A stretch of DNA of 40,024 nucleotides from Zetaproteobacteria bacterium (GCA_028817975.1 JAPPOJ010000241.1:1-40024); one strand, 5' to 3'; positions 26,637 through 37,270 are shown, counted from the first letter of the stretch. A program made the numbers and translations. The notes: generated by a model from the letters alone, not told the origin.

Positions 26637-26669
26637 AAGAAAAAGCCCTGCGAAATACAGGGCTTTTTC
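26637..26669 (-). terminator. Rho-independent terminator after tex (sequence is bidirectional-capable).
   Basis: AGCCCTG (26644-50), loop CGAAATA, CAGGGCT (26658-64). An A-run lies on one side and a T-run on the other, so a U-tract follows the stem on either strand. Confidence 0.8.
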
Positions 26670-26676
26670 GGCATGA

Positions 26677-29226
26677 CTAACTACGGTTATTAAATTTACT
26701 GAGCAAGTCTTCCATGGTGTGCTTTTTGTTGCTTGGCGCCCCACGATCACGGCCCCGTTGATTTTGTGCACGTTTAGCCTGCACAAATCCTTGCCCCGCA
26801 CGAGGACGATTTCCCCCGCGTTCCGAGCCGCGTTCCGAAGAGCGCGGCGCAGGATGACGGCGCCCTTGCCCCTGGTTGCCAGCCCCACTCGCGGGAGCTG
26901 GCTGTTGGCGACAGCTCAAACTGATGCGCTTCTTGTCCACATCTGCATCCAAAACACTTACCTGCAAGATGTCACCCACACTGACCACCTTCGTCGGATC
27001 GGAAACAAAACTATCCGCGAGCTGGGAAATATGAACGAGTCCATCCTGATGGACTCCAATATCAACAAACGCCCCAAACTTGGTCACGTTGGTCACAGTG
27101 CCTTTGAGCAGCATACCTTTTTTCAGATCCTCAATGCACGACACATCATCGGAAAACAGCAGACGTGACCCCTCATCACGAGGATCTCGTCCCGGCTTCA
27201 GTAGCTCCGTCTGAATATCCAACAACGTAGGTAATCCCACCTCATCGGTGACATACTTTTCGAGGGCGATCGAGCTTACCACCGCATGATTATTCACAAG
27301 CTCCATCATCGGCAAGCCTAAGTCCGCCGCAATCTGCTCGACTAACGCATAGCGTTCAGGATGCACCGCCGACTTATCCAAGGGATTCTCTGCTTCAACA
27401 ATACGTAAGAAGCCCGCAGCCTGCTGAAATACCTTGTCTCCAAAGCCATGCACCTGCATCAGCTCTGCACGAGAGGCAAAGGTTCCACTCGCATCTCTTT
27501 TTTCCACAATACTCTTGGCTAAAACAGGACCTATCCCTGAGACGTAACTCAACAGTTTAAAAGAAGCGGTATTCAGGTTGACTCCAACCTTATTCACACA
27601 AGACTCTACCGTCTCTTTTAACGAACGGGTCAACTGAGCTTGGCTACAGTCATGCTGATACTGCCCCACTCCAATCGACTTAGGGTCCACCTTGACAAGT
27701 TCCGCTAAGGGGTCTTGTAAGCGCCGCGCAATCGAAATCGCACTCCGAATCGTCGGATCTAAATCAGGAAACTCTTCACGCGCGATTTCATCCGTCGAAT
27801 ACACACTTGCACCCGACTCATTCACCACTACACGCTTGACCTTCAACCCATGGGTACGAATGGCTTGCGAAACCACCTGGCCAATTTCACGACTGCCAGT
27901 ACCATTGCCAATGGCAATCACACCAATTTGGTATTCCTGCACAAAGCGCGCAATCACTTCCACAGCTTGCGTCACCGAAGCACTTTCACCTGATTTCTCA
28001 AACCTTGGATAGATCGTCTCAAAACCTAAGAGCTTCCCCGTCGCGTCTACAGCAGCAAGCTTAGACCCCGTACGCAGACCAGGGTCAATCCCCAGCACCG
28101 CCTTGCCCGGCAAAGGTGGCAATAACAGAAGCTTTTCGAGATTCGTGGAAAACACTTTAATCGCTTCTTTTTCCGCGGTATTCTTCAGCTCCAAACGGAC
28201 TTCCGCTTCCAAAGAAGGAGACAAGAGCCGTTTAAAAGTATCGACACACGCCTTCTCCATCCATGCCGTCACCGCTGGAGAGGTGGGCATCCCCTTGATA
28301 ACTGTTTCTTGAATAACCCCCATGACCTGCTCTTTATCAACTTCGATGGTAAAGCGCAGAACTTTTTCGGCCTCACCCCGGCGAATCGCCATCACCCGAT
28401 GAGACGCGATGGTACGTACAGGCTCGCGAAAATCAAAATAATTTTCAAATTTAGAAAAATCCGTCTGTTTTTTGTGCCGGTTTGAAGGCACACTCGCCGC
28501 TGCAGGTGCCGCTTCGGCAGCCACCTCACGGACCTTCGATACCACTTCGCCTGTTTCCGCAAACAGTGTACGGACTTTTGCGCGCAAAGTAGGATCTTCT
28601 GCAATACGCTCTGCCAGGATATCCCTCGCCCCCATTAAACATTTTTCTGCCGTCAACCCAGCCAAGTCTTCGGCACGCTTTTTAGCCTCATCGCTTTCTG
28701 CGGGAGACAGGCCTTCCTGCGCTTCGGAAAGAGCATCGGTACTTGTATTCGCCTTCAATTGAGCCAGAAAATCCACACTCATTTGATTTAAATCTTCTAA
28801 AGTCGCACGCGCTTCGAGAATCATTTCCAGCAAAGGTTCTAACCCCAGTTCTCGGGCCTGAACAGCACGTGAACGCCGCTTGGGCTTATAGGGGAGGTAC
28901 AGGTCATCAAGCTCATTTTTGTTTTCACACGCTTTAAACTGAGCTTTTAACGCCTCATGCTTTGCGGCAAGCTCTGGTTTACCCATAAAATGCAAGGCCA
29001 CAATTTTAAGGTACCGAGCTTTCGTAGCCTCTAACTCTGTCAAGTACTCATACCGATCACGCACGTTTTTAATTTGGACTTCATCCATAGAACCCGTCAG
29101 CTCCTTACGGTAACGGGCAATGAATGGAATCGTACATCCTTCATCAAAAAGGAGTTCCACAACACTTTTTACGCGAATGGTTTCAATACTAAGTTCTTGT
29201 GCAATTTTTGAGATAAGCTCGTGCAT
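26677..29226 (-). CDS. tex: Transcription accessory protein Tex (S1 domain protein) with an Arg/Gly-rich C-terminal tail.
   Basis: 849 aa. N-terminal IAQELSI...VKSVVELLFDEGCTIPFIARYRKE, a YqgF/RuvC-like and HhH core, and a C-terminal S1 domain (LKGTVTNVTKFGAFVDIGVHQDGLVHISQL). Confidence 0.9.
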   Translation of the reverse strand: MHELISKIAQELSIETIRVKSVVELLFDEGCTIPFIARYRKELTGSMDEVQIKNVRDRYEYLTELEATKARYLKIVALHFMGKPELAAKHEALKAQFKACENKNELDDLYLPYKPKRRSRAVQARELGLEPLLEMILEARATLEDLNQMSVDFLAQLKANTSTDALSEAQEGLSPAESDEAKKRAEDLAGLTAEKCLMGARDILAERIAEDPTLRAKVRTLFAETGEVVSKVREVAAEAAPAAASVPSNRHKKQTDFSKFENYFDFREPVRTIASHRVMAIRRGEAEKVLRFTIEVDKEQVMGVIQETVIKGMPTSPAVTAWMEKACVDTFKRLLSPSLEAEVRLELKNTAEKEAIKVFSTNLEKLLLLPPLPGKAVLGIDPGLRTGSKLAAVDATGKLLGFETIYPRFEKSGESASVTQAVEVIARFVQEYQIGVIAIGNGTGSREIGQVVSQAIRTHGLKVKRVVVNESGASVYSTDEIAREEFPDLDPTIRSAISIARRLQDPLAELVKVDPKSIGVGQYQHDCSQAQLTRSLKETVESCVNKVGVNLNTASFKLLSYVSGIGPVLAKSIVEKRDASGTFASRAELMQVHGFGDKVFQQAAGFLRIVEAENPLDKSAVHPERYALVEQIAADLGLPMMELVNNHAVVSSIALEKYVTDEVGLPTLLDIQTELLKPGRDPRDEGSRLLFSDDVSCIEDLKKGMLLKGTVTNVTKFGAFVDIGVHQDGLVHISQLADSFVSDPTKVVSVGDILQVSVLDADVDKKRISLSCRQQPAPASGAGNQGQGRRHPAPRSSERGSERGGNRPRAGQGFVQAKRAQNQRGRDRGAPSNKKHTMEDLLSKFNNRS

Positions 29227-29379
29227 AGAAATGATCCGTCAATAAAGGTGTCAGTAGGGAGTGAAGAAAAGTTTGCAGACAGGAAGTCTCAACCCCCTAC
29301 CGTTAAATTCAAGTAGCTGACATCAAGTTTACACATGTCAGGGTAAGCAATTTTTGAAGCTCATAAAGTTATACAACGA

Positions 29380-29802
29380 TTAGTTATTGTATAGTTCAAT
29401 TCCGGAAAAGAAGTAAGCCAATTCACGTGCTGCAGATTCCGCAGAGTCCGAACCATGCACCGAATTTGCTTCAATACTCTCGGCATAAAGCTTACGTAGG
29501 GTGCCTTCCGCAGCATCCGCTGGGTTGGTCGCCCCCATGATTTCACGGTTACGTAACACAGCACCTTCGCCCTGTAAAGCCATAAGTACAACGGGACCTG
29601 AAGTCATAAAGTTGACCAAATCCTTAAAAAAAGGACGCTCGCGGTGCTCAGCATAAAAGCCTTCCGCTTCTTGCGCAGAAAGTTGCTTCATTTTCATCGC
29701 ACGCACGCACAAGCCTTCTTCCTCAAACCGAGATACAATCTTTCCAATAAGATTACGCTTTGTTGCATCTGGTTTTACAATGGAAAAGGTGGTCTCTAAC
29801 AT
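29380..29802 (-). CDS. ndk: Nucleoside diphosphate kinase.
   Basis: [13 protein letters not shown]...[14 protein letters not shown]...NSVHGSDS (active-site His). 140 aa. Confidence 0.95.
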   Translation of the reverse strand: MLETTFSIVKPDATKRNLIGKIVSRFEEEGLCVRAMKMKQLSAQEAEGFYAEHRERPFFKDLVNFMTSGPVVLMALQGEGAVLRNREIMGATNPADAAEGTLRKLYAESIEANSVHGSDSAESAARELAYFFSGIELYNN

Positions 29803-29977
29803 AATGTTTCCTTGATTTGTCTGATTATAGATTTATAGAAAAAAGCCAAAGTATACAGGCAAAGTAGTATATTAGTTTTAGATTGAAACTTCAAGCTTTA
29901 AGAACCGGACTCGCCGGGCCCGTACACGGACAGGCCGTACACCTTACAAAGAAAGAGGTTGTAACACTCTCCCCCAC

Positions 29978-30493
29978 TCACCTCAAATGCTCTTGACGCT
30001 CAAGGTGGCATATCAAATAAGAACTCTGGGAAGATAATTTTGTCGACGTGAGCACTAACCCACCCTCTACCAGCTCCAAGGTAACCCAGGTCTCCAAGGA
30101 CTGCGGCAACATACGGCTATAGTCATGACGATTGACCACAGACTTCATCCATAAAGTCTGGCGTTGGGCATCTTTCCACATCGGATAGTCACTTACTTCT
30201 TGCAGATGCTGGTCGGAATACTCCGCATGCCGGACCACCCCACCAATCGGGTAATCTTGTTCAAATAGACGGATACGCTCACATCCATGCTGGACAACCT
30301 CCATTTTTAACAAGCGTGCACCGTTACACTTACCCAACCAACTGCCACTAAAGTCTTGACACCCAAGCTCGGCTGGCTTGGCAACCTCAGGCGGAGCTAA
30401 ACCCTCACTCTGGCGCAAAAAATCCGGCAACCCGAGCGCTCCCCGCATCACCGTCGACAGACCTAAGCACACCATAAACAATGCATATTTCAT
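29978..30493 (-). CDS. Hypothetical secreted protein.
   Basis: ORF 29978-30520. The internal ATG at 30493 gives MKYALFMVCLGLSTVMRGALG, a signal-peptide-like N-terminus. No recognisable domain. Confidence 0.45.
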   Translation of the reverse strand: MKYALFMVCLGLSTVMRGALGLPDFLRQSEGLAPPEVAKPAELGCQDFSGSWLGKCNGARLLKMEVVQHGCERIRLFEQDYPIGGVVRHAEYSDQHLQEVSDYPMWKDAQRQTLWMKSVVNRHDYSRMLPQSLETWVTLELVEGGLVLTSTKLSSQSSYLICHLERQEHLR

Positions 30494-30575
30494 AAGATGG
30501 AACCCCCTCTCAGCGCACATGGTTGAATCGTCTCAAAACAACAGGAACAGCTCTCCTTAGTGGAGACAAGGGTTA

Positions 30576-31151
30576 TCACCTCCCCCAAAGAGCAAACAGA
30601 TCTCCAAGAGGATACCGAGCATGCACCGCAAGCAGGCCCCAAACCAAGACCCCCGCTCCCAGACCCGCCAACAAGTCATCGGCCAAAGTGGTCCAAGCAG
30701 AATCCCCGTGACGATCTAATCGACCAATCCACCCCGGCTTCCAAATGTCCAATAAACGAAAAAAGACAAACGCCCAAACCACGGACCCTACCTGGGGTGG
30801 TAGAAAGAGAAAGGCAAGCGCCTGCCCCACCACCTCATCCACCACAATCGCTTTGTGATCGTGAGGGAGCCAGTTTCTTTCGGTATAGGCAATACACCCC
30901 CAAGCCAGTGCCACAGCGCAGAGTGCCAACGCACACGTGACCAAAGCCCCGTACACCAGCATGCACTGGGCAAAGCCCCAGCCCAAAACCAATCCAGGGA
31001 GAGACCCCCACGTGCCTGGAGCAAAACGCGCGAGGCCGAGGCCCCAACCCACACTCGTCCAATGCAAGATCCAACCCTGTTGCGGAACCACATGCGCAGG
31101 CTGAGGGTGTTCCCCCTCAGCCGCTTCTGTCAATATTTGATTTTTCAACAC
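30576..31151 (-). CDS. pgpA: Phosphatidylglycerophosphatase A.
   Basis: APGTWGSLPG and IVVDEVVGQ are PgpA signature segments. Membrane protein. The GTG start overlaps the upstream stop by 7 nt. Confidence 0.8.
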   Translation of the reverse strand: MLKNQILTEAAEGEHPQPAHVVPQQGWILHWTSVGWGLGLARFAPGTWGSLPGLVLGWGFAQCMLVYGALVTCALALCAVALAWGCIAYTERNWLPHDHKAIVVDEVVGQALAFLFLPPQVGSVVWAFVFFRLLDIWKPGWIGRLDRHGDSAWTTLADDLLAGLGAGVLVWGLLAVHARYPLGDLFALWGR

Positions 31152-31702
31152 TTTTCCAATCTAAACAACTTTTGACCACACGTCACTCGATCTTTGTGAG
31201 CACACAACATCCTAACAATCTTCCCCGCAAAAGTCGCGTTGATTTGGTTCTCCATTTTCATCGCATCCAAAACCAAGACCGTTTCTCCAGCCTCCACTAC
31301 ATCCCCTTCTTGCTTGTAGAGGCGCACACACTCACCCGCCATCGGCGCCGTGACATCGGCAACGGACTGTTGCGTACCACGTGCTTGTAAAAGGCTCTCC
31401 ACCCCACAACGCATATAATCCACAGCCACATGTTGCAGCGATTTACCATGCGCCCAAAGCGTCAAGCTGCCTTGGAGCGCCGGATGATCACGGCCCACAC
31501 ACTGCACTTGACTGAGCCGAAAACAACGCTCCAGCGAACTCCCCAGATCCCGCATAAAGACAGCATCTAAGGCCGGCACATGCATCATTTCCACATCCCT
31601 TGCTGCGACCCGCGCCCGCACCCAACACCCCGGAACCATCTTAAAAGGGACACTCACTTCAACAAGGTTTGCCTCCGCGGTGCGGATTTTCCAGTGCTGC
31701 AT
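31145..31702 (-). CDS. Biotin carboxyl carrier protein with an N-terminal extension of about 110 aa.
   Basis: The C-terminal biotinyl domain APMAGECVRLYKQEGDVVEAGETVLVLDAMKMENQI contains the AMKM biotinylation motif. Confidence 0.8.
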   Translation of the reverse strand: MQHWKIRTAEANLVEVSVPFKMVPGCWVRARVAARDVEMMHVPALDAVFMRDLGSSLERCFRLSQVQCVGRDHPALQGSLTLWAHGKSLQHVAVDYMRCGVESLLQARGTQQSVADVTAPMAGECVRLYKQEGDVVEAGETVLVLDAMKMENQINATFAGKIVRMLCAHKDRVTCGQKLFRLEKC

Positions 31703-31719
31703 CTCTCTCCCTTCTGGGG

Positions 31720-33159
31720 TTACCCCATCTCACCTAACATCCCCACCAAAGAAATTTCCGCGATTTCATCCGCGTGAGGGGCGAGGCGCGCAGCGGTTGC
31801 CGCCCATTCCCACTCGGCCTGCATGTAGCTGGTGTCAAAGTCACCTGCCACAAACTTAGGACAGTTGAGCAACGCACTATGAAAAAGTGCTGTGGTCGGA
31901 ATGCCTTCGACCTTCAACTCAGCCAAGGCTCTTTTCAACCGAGCAATCGCCTCTTCCCGGGTGTTGCCCCACACAATCAGCTTCGCAATCATCGAATCAT
32001 ATGCATCTGGAATCGTATAACCTTCATACACATGAGAGTCTAAACGTACATGAGGCCCCAAGGGGACACTCCACCGTTGCACACGCCCTGGAGTTGGCAA
32101 AAATTGTTGGGCCGGGTCTTCCGCATTAATACGCGCCTCCATGCTCCAGCCATGCAGACGAATTTCGTCCTGCTTCCAGGCCAGAGCTTTGCCTTCCGCC
32201 ACCCGAATCTGCTCGGCAACCAAATCAATCCCCGTAATGCACTCCGTGACCGGATGCTCCACTTGAATCCGGGTATTCACTTCCATAAAGTAAGCTTGAT
32301 CTGGTGACTCACAGATAAACTCGACCGTTCCCAACCCACAATACCCCGCCGCAAGTACCGCACGGACAGCCTCAGCTCCCAATGTGTTCCGCTGCTGGGA
32401 AGATAAATAGACACTCGGAGCCTCCTCAAACAACTTCTGATGGCGCCTCTGGATGGAGCAGTCCCGCTCAAAAAGGTGCACTCCATTCCCATACACATCA
32501 CACAGCACCTGAAACTCAATGTGGCGGGGGGATTCAATGTAGCGTTCACAAAAGATCGCATCATTCCCAAAGCATTGAAGAGCTTCCCTCTGGCACTGCT
32601 CAAAGCTCAGCGCCATATCCTCAAGCCGGCGCACCACGCGCATGCCGCGACCTCCCCCACCCCCGCTTGCTTTTAAAATAACCGGAAGGCCGATGTCCTC
32701 AATACAAGCAGCCAGCTCCGCAACATTCTCCAGCGGTTTCACCCCTCCGGGGACCACCGCGACCTGGTGCTCGATCATCAACTTGCGCGCCGCAATCTTG
32801 TCCCCAAGGCACTGCATCGCTACAGCACTCGGCCCGATAAATACCAACCCCGCCTCTTCCACCGCACGACAAAAAGCAACCGATTCCGCAAGAAAGCCAT
32901 AACCAGGATGGACGGCATCGGCACCTGAGCTTTGCGCGATGGCCACAATTTGCTCAATGTTCAAATAGGTTTGGGCCACCCCCTGGCCCGATAAACGCAC
33001 GGAAAAGTCCGCCATACTGCGGTGCAGGGATTCTTGATCCACATCGGCATAGATCGCCACCGATTCCCGCCCCAAATCACGTAAAGTACGCACAATACGC
33101 ACCGCGATTTCACCCCGGTTCGCCACAAGCACACGATTTATTCTCACATCACACCCCAT
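31720..33159 (-). CDS. accC: Biotin carboxylase subunit of an acyl-CoA carboxylase.
   Basis: INRVLVANRGEIAVRI, ATP-grasp GGGGRGMRVV, EMNTRIQVEHPVTE. The ATG at 33159 lies 1 nt after the upstream TAG. The track start at 33180 overlaps the upstream gene by 20 nt. Confidence 0.9.
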   Translation of the reverse strand: MGCDVRINRVLVANRGEIAVRIVRTLRDLGRESVAIYADVDQESLHRSMADFSVRLSGQGVAQTYLNIEQIVAIAQSSGADAVHPGYGFLAESVAFCRAVEEAGLVFIGPSAVAMQCLGDKIAARKLMIEHQVAVVPGGVKPLENVAELAACIEDIGLPVILKASGGGGGRGMRVVRRLEDMALSFEQCQREALQCFGNDAIFCERYIESPRHIEFQVLCDVYGNGVHLFERDCSIQRRHQKLFEEAPSVYLSSQQRNTLGAEAVRAVLAAGYCGLGTVEFICESPDQAYFMEVNTRIQVEHPVTECITGIDLVAEQIRVAEGKALAWKQDEIRLHGWSMEARINAEDPAQQFLPTPGRVQRWSVPLGPHVRLDSHVYEGYTIPDAYDSMIAKLIVWGNTREEAIARLKRALAELKVEGIPTTALFHSALLNCPKFVAGDFDTSYMQAEWEWAATAARLAPHADEIAEISLVGMLGEMG

Positions 33160-33160
33160 A

Positions 33161-34741
33161 CTACAAAGGGATATTGCCATGCTTACGCGACGGCTGGTAT
33201 TCCGATTTATGTTGCATCGCCTGATAACTCTGGATCAAATAATCACGCGTCTCTGAGGGGAAAATAACCGCATCAATGTAACCTCTCTCAGCGGCAGCAT
33301 AAGGGTTGGAGAATTTATCCCGGTATGCAGCCAGAACCTTGTGACGTTCTTTTGCAGGATCTGGGCTCGATGCAATTTGCTTCTTAAAAATGATGTTACA
33401 TGCACCTTCCGCACCCATCACCGCAATTTCCGCCCCTGGCCAGGCTAAATTCAGATCCGCCCCAATGTGTTTTGAATTCATCACATCATAAGCACCTCCA
33501 TAGGCCTTACGTGTGATGACGGTAAATTTAGGCACGGAGGCTTCACAAAACGCGTACAACAGCTTGGCTCCATGACGGATGATCCCGCCTTGTTCCTGAT
33601 CCGATCCAGGTAAAAACCCAGGGACATCGACAAAAGTCAGCAAAGGAATGTGAAAAGCATCGCAAAAACGCACAAAGCGCGCGGCTTTCACACTTGCCTT
33701 GATATCGAGGACCCCCGCGAGGTGGCCCGGGTTATTGGCCACCACTCCAATACTGCGCCCCCCGATACGCGCAAAGCCCACTAAAATATTGCGTGCATAT
33801 TCGGCTTTCATCTCCAAGAAGGTACCTGGGTCCACAATATGCTCAATCACCTCAAGCATCTGATAAGGCTGCTGGGGGTCGGCGGGAATAGCTTGATTCA
33901 ACCACTGAGCGCGACGCTGCGCTTCTTTGGTTTCTACAATGGTAGGATCACTCAGGGTGGCAGGGCCTGCAGCTGCATGATCGGGAAGATAACTCAGCAG
34001 CTTTTTGACCGCCGCCAAAGCCTCCAATTCATTGACAAAGCGCGCATCCGCCACCCCACTTTCTTCACTATGGAGCTGTGCCCCCCCGAGCGTCTGAAAA
34101 TCAACTTCTTCACCCGTGACCTCACGTACGACATCAGGACCGGTGATAAACATATGGCTGGTATGATCGCACATAAAAATAAAGTCGGTCAGTGCGGGAG
34201 AATACACAGCCCCCCCTGCACACGGGCCTAAGACCAACGAAATTTGCGGAACCACTCCACTCAACCGCGCATTACGGTAAAAGATGTCCGCATAGCCGCC
34301 TAAGCTCGCCACCCCTTCATGGATACGCGCCCCACCCGAATCATTTAAACCGATCAAAGGGTGCCCCGCTTTGGCTGCTAAGTCCATCACCTTACATATT
34401 TTTTGCGCATGCGCACGCGAGAGGCTCCCCCCAAACACGGTAAAATCCTGAGAAAACACATAGACCACCCGCCCCGCAATGTGACCTTGTCCGGTAATCA
34501 CCCCATCCCCATGGACCTTCTTCTCGGCCATCCCAAAGTCATTGCAATCATGGGTCACAAAGGCATCAAATTCATAAAAGCTGCCTGGGTCGAGAAGCAG
34601 TTCGATGCGCTCACGCGCGGTGAGTTTACCCTTAGCATGCTGCGCCGCAATCTTGCGTTGCCCCCCTGCTATGGGCAACTCTTCATAAAGAGAGGATAAT
34701 TTCGCGAACGTAGGGGGAGTGACTTCATTGCTTTCCAACAC
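33161..34741 (-). CDS. Acyl-CoA carboxylase carboxyltransferase (beta) subunit, PccB/MmdA-like.
   Basis: 526 aa. [53 protein letters not shown], and the duplicated crotonase-like CT fold. GTG start with AAGGAG 8 nt upstream. Confidence 0.9.
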   Translation of the reverse strand: MLESNEVTPPTFAKLSSLYEELPIAGGQRKIAAQHAKGKLTARERIELLLDPGSFYEFDAFVTHDCNDFGMAEKKVHGDGVITGQGHIAGRVVYVFSQDFTVFGGSLSRAHAQKICKVMDLAAKAGHPLIGLNDSGGARIHEGVASLGGYADIFYRNARLSGVVPQISLVLGPCAGGAVYSPALTDFIFMCDHTSHMFITGPDVVREVTGEEVDFQTLGGAQLHSEESGVADARFVNELEALAAVKKLLSYLPDHAAAGPATLSDPTIVETKEAQRRAQWLNQAIPADPQQPYQMLEVIEHIVDPGTFLEMKAEYARNILVGFARIGGRSIGVVANNPGHLAGVLDIKASVKAARFVRFCDAFHIPLLTFVDVPGFLPGSDQEQGGIIRHGAKLLYAFCEASVPKFTVITRKAYGGAYDVMNSKHIGADLNLAWPGAEIAVMGAEGACNIIFKKQIASSPDPAKERHKVLAAYRDKFSNPYAAAERGYIDAVIFPSETRDYLIQSYQAMQHKSEYQPSRKHGNIPL

Positions 34742-34774
34742 TTTAAATCTCCTTGCTCAACCATAGCTCAAGCT

Positions 34775-35530
34775 TTAAGGGTCGACCACACGCCCAGGAT
34801 ATTCACTCCACAAGGAAGGACTCAGCAAACGGTAGCTCAACTGACGCCACTCCGGAAAAAGAGGGGGTTGATCCTCATAAATTTGCCGATTTTGGAGCCG
34901 GGCCACATGCCAACCATTCCAAATCAAATCCCCACTATTGGTATCTATCAACAGCCACAGAGCCTCGGCTTCGCGTAGAGCCACTTTCTGGCCACGGTCG
35001 GAAATAATCTCTTGACGGATGCCTGCCACAAACGGAATCAACACCGCATCGGCGTAACGTGTCCACACACTAAACTGCTGCAGCCAGTTTTGCCACTTCG
35101 CATAAGGCGCAATAGAGTCTTGATAAAGAGAAAAAGGGGCGGTCTCACGCTTACTCGGGTGGACACTCTGTAACCAGATGTCCGGCCACAGGCGCAAAAA
35201 AGCAGACTGTTTTTGTTTCTGCAAGAGCTTTTCGACTGCAGCAGGGGTAAAGCCCATCATGTAAGGCTGATTTTCAAACCCAGCAAGGACAAAAGCATCC
35301 ATAGCCTCACACAGCTTACGCTTACCGATACTTAATTGGGAATGCAAACGTAAAGACTCGGTCAGCCCTGGCCACTCGGTACAGCTCAACAACGCAACTT
35401 GGCCCGGAACAAACGCACGGTAAGCCGGCTGCACTCCAGACTGCGGCTGTGATTTCCAAGAAAGGCAACCCCATACACTGACGAGTACCCAAGCACCCAC
35501 CAACATGGGTAAATAACGCTGATTCTGCAT
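34775..35530 (-). CDS. Hypothetical lipoprotein or secreted protein.
   Basis: 251-aa ORF. The N-terminus LVGAWVLVSVWGC resembles a signal/lipobox. No recognisable domain. Confidence 0.45.
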   Translation of the reverse strand: MQNQRYLPMLVGAWVLVSVWGCLSWKSQPQSGVQPAYRAFVPGQVALLSCTEWPGLTESLRLHSQLSIGKRKLCEAMDAFVLAGFENQPYMMGFTPAAVEKLLQKQKQSAFLRLWPDIWLQSVHPSKRETAPFSLYQDSIAPYAKWQNWLQQFSVWTRYADAVLIPFVAGIRQEIISDRGQKVALREAEALWLLIDTNSGDLIWNGWHVARLQNRQIYEDQPPLFPEWRQLSYRLLSPSLWSEYPGRVVDP

Positions 35531-35600
35531 GCACCTCCCCCGAAAGGCTTATATTTAGCTCATTATAGAAATGCTCCAGCGAAAATGCAAGGGTCAGGGA

Positions 35601-36299
35601 TTAGGACTTCGCCGCATAATAATCTTGCCACCGGGGAAAGTGTTGGCCAATCCAGGCCGCCAACAGCTGTTGTTGACGTGGAGGAGAAATAAAGAATGCT
35701 TCCGCAGGGAGAAGATCTCGCGCTTTGGTCGTCAGCGCATACATCGAAATCGCAGCACATACCGAAATATTCATGCTTTCGACCATCCCCGTCATCGGAA
35801 TGGTGAAACACCCCGCGAGATGCGGCTGCCAATCTGGAGAAACACCGTTTTTTTCATTACCAAACAAAACCGCCACGGCATGCTCTCTCTCCACGGGGAC
35901 TTGTGCCAACGGAATGCTTGTTTGGCTGGGCATACCGGCATAAATCGCAATATGGTGGGCGCGCATCCACGCCGCACAAGCTGCAATGCTTTCATAACGA
36001 TGGACCACAAGCCACTTATGCACCCCACTCGCCGCAGCACTGTTTTCAAACTTTCCACCCGACTCCACCACATGGATGTGGAGCACCCCCAACGCTTCCG
36101 CCGAACGCACACAGGCTGCAATATTATGGGGACTATGCACATCTTGAATAATCAAATGCACATGCTCGGTACGCTGCCGGGCCACTTCTTCCATCCGTGC
36201 CGCACGTGCCGCTTTCAAGCGCGGAGACAGCACAGACCACAAATCATCCGGGTAAGCGTCACCCCAATTTAATTCATAATTTTTAGCATCGTTCATCAT
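35601..36299 (-). CDS. trmH: SpoU/TrmH-family tRNA/rRNA 2'-O-methyltransferase.
   Basis: SpoU motifs HNIAACVRSAEALGV, VLFGNEKNGVS, IPMTGMVESMNISVCAAISMY. Confidence 0.8.
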   Translation of the reverse strand: MMNDAKNYELNWGDAYPDDLWSVLSPRLKAARAARMEEVARQRTEHVHLIIQDVHSPHNIAACVRSAEALGVLHIHVVESGGKFENSAAASGVHKWLVVHRYESIAACAAWMRAHHIAIYAGMPSQTSIPLAQVPVEREHAVAVLFGNEKNGVSPDWQPHLAGCFTIPMTGMVESMNISVCAAISMYALTTKARDLLPAEAFFISPPRQQQLLAAWIGQHFPRWQDYYAAKS

Positions 36300-37270
36300 A
36301 TTTTTCGTGTCGCGTCCAGGTCCTCATGGTTGGACTGCATGGCCGCAACCGCAAGGGCCTGACCCTGCTTATCCTCCATCAAATCAGCTGCATCCTCACC
36401 TACATCGTCCAAAAAACGATCCTGGTGCTGCACCGGCTCTTTAAAAGCATATTCATCTTCGACCAGCGAAGGCGACTGGGTCACCTCCAAAGCACGCGTT
36501 ACCAAGGCACCGAGAGTGACCTCGGGTTGACGCAACAAGGTGGTTTGCTCAAAATGGTCTAACACCCAATTGGACAATAACCGCAGAGCTGTTTCCCAGT
36601 TACGCGACTGATCTTCCACCAAAGCACGACGCGAAGCCATCAACATATTGACATGACGCGCACGGCCGATTTTATCTTTAAAGCGTTGGATCTCTTGTAC
36701 CAGACGGCGTTCAAACACTTTCTCTAAAGATTGACGCAGTTGCTGCTGAGTCTGCAGCTTCTTTTTAGCTTGTGCAAGTTCTGCTTTAGTTTGATCCAAA
36801 CTTTGGAGCTGGGACTTCAGCACGGTGGCTTGGTCCGCAAGCACACCTTTCCGCTCCAACTTCCGGGTTAACTCCGCACGTTCCATATCGAGCGACTTTA
36901 ACTGACTCAACATCGAAGCATTTTGCTCACGCAAACTTTCCACTTGGTCGCGCATTTGCTCCACCGCACCGGTTAGCTCCTCTCGCTCACGCGTCGAGGT
37001 GGACTCCAGAGCACTCATGGTCTCCCGCATGGACTTATTTTCTTTCTCTAGTTTGGCCAAAGCCCCCCCTAAAGAGCTTTTTTCTGCTTTGACCGCCGCA
37101 AGATTTTGCACCGAACGTTCACGTTCACTCACCGCTTTTCGCTCGCGTTGTAACACATTCTCCAAAGCGGATTTACCGGCCTGTAACCTGCGGCGCAGTG
37201 CGACCACATAAGCTAACGCAAGACTCAGCACACATCCCAATACAGCCACAAAGGTTGGATAAGTTTCCAC
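36296..37270 (-). CDS. Membrane-anchored coiled-coil protein, function unknown.
   Basis: An N-terminal TM helix (FVAVLGCVLSLALAYVVAL) is followed by about 200 aa of heptad-like, Glu/Lys/Gln/Leu-rich sequence. The stop overlaps the trmH start by 4 nt. Confidence 0.5.
   Translation of the reverse strand: METYPTFVAVLGCVLSLALAYVVALRRRLQAGKSALENVLQRERKAVSERERSVQNLAAVKAEKSSLGGALAKLEKENKSMRETMSALESTSTREREELTGAVEQMRDQVESLREQNASMLSQLKSLDMERAELTRKLERKGVLADQATVLKSQLQSLDQTKAELAQAKKKLQTQQQLRQSLEKVFERRLVQEIQRFKDKIGRARHVNMLMASRRALVEDQSRNWETALRLLSNWVLDHFEQTTLLRQPEVTLGALVTRALEVTQSPSLVEDEYAFKEPVQHQDRFLDDVGEDAADLMEDKQGQALAVAAMQSNHEDLDATRKI

Noticed and set aside
29318-29408. Hairpins CTGACAT-N10-ATGTCAG (29318-29341) and TATACAA-N10-TTGTATA (29372-29395) between ndk and tex. 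I considered them as an ndk terminator.
   Set aside because: Neither is followed by a clear U-tract on the minus strand, and the second overlaps the ndk stop codon. A weak terminator or RNA-stability element is possible, but the support is not strong enough to annotate.
35571-36272. 233-aa + strand ORF antisense to trmH. The minus-strand alternative-frame ORFs 35792-36142 and 35563-35832 fall in the same region.
   Set aside because: It overlaps the SpoU-motif-bearing trmH frame, and the translation is Arg/His-rich nonsense typical of antisense frames.
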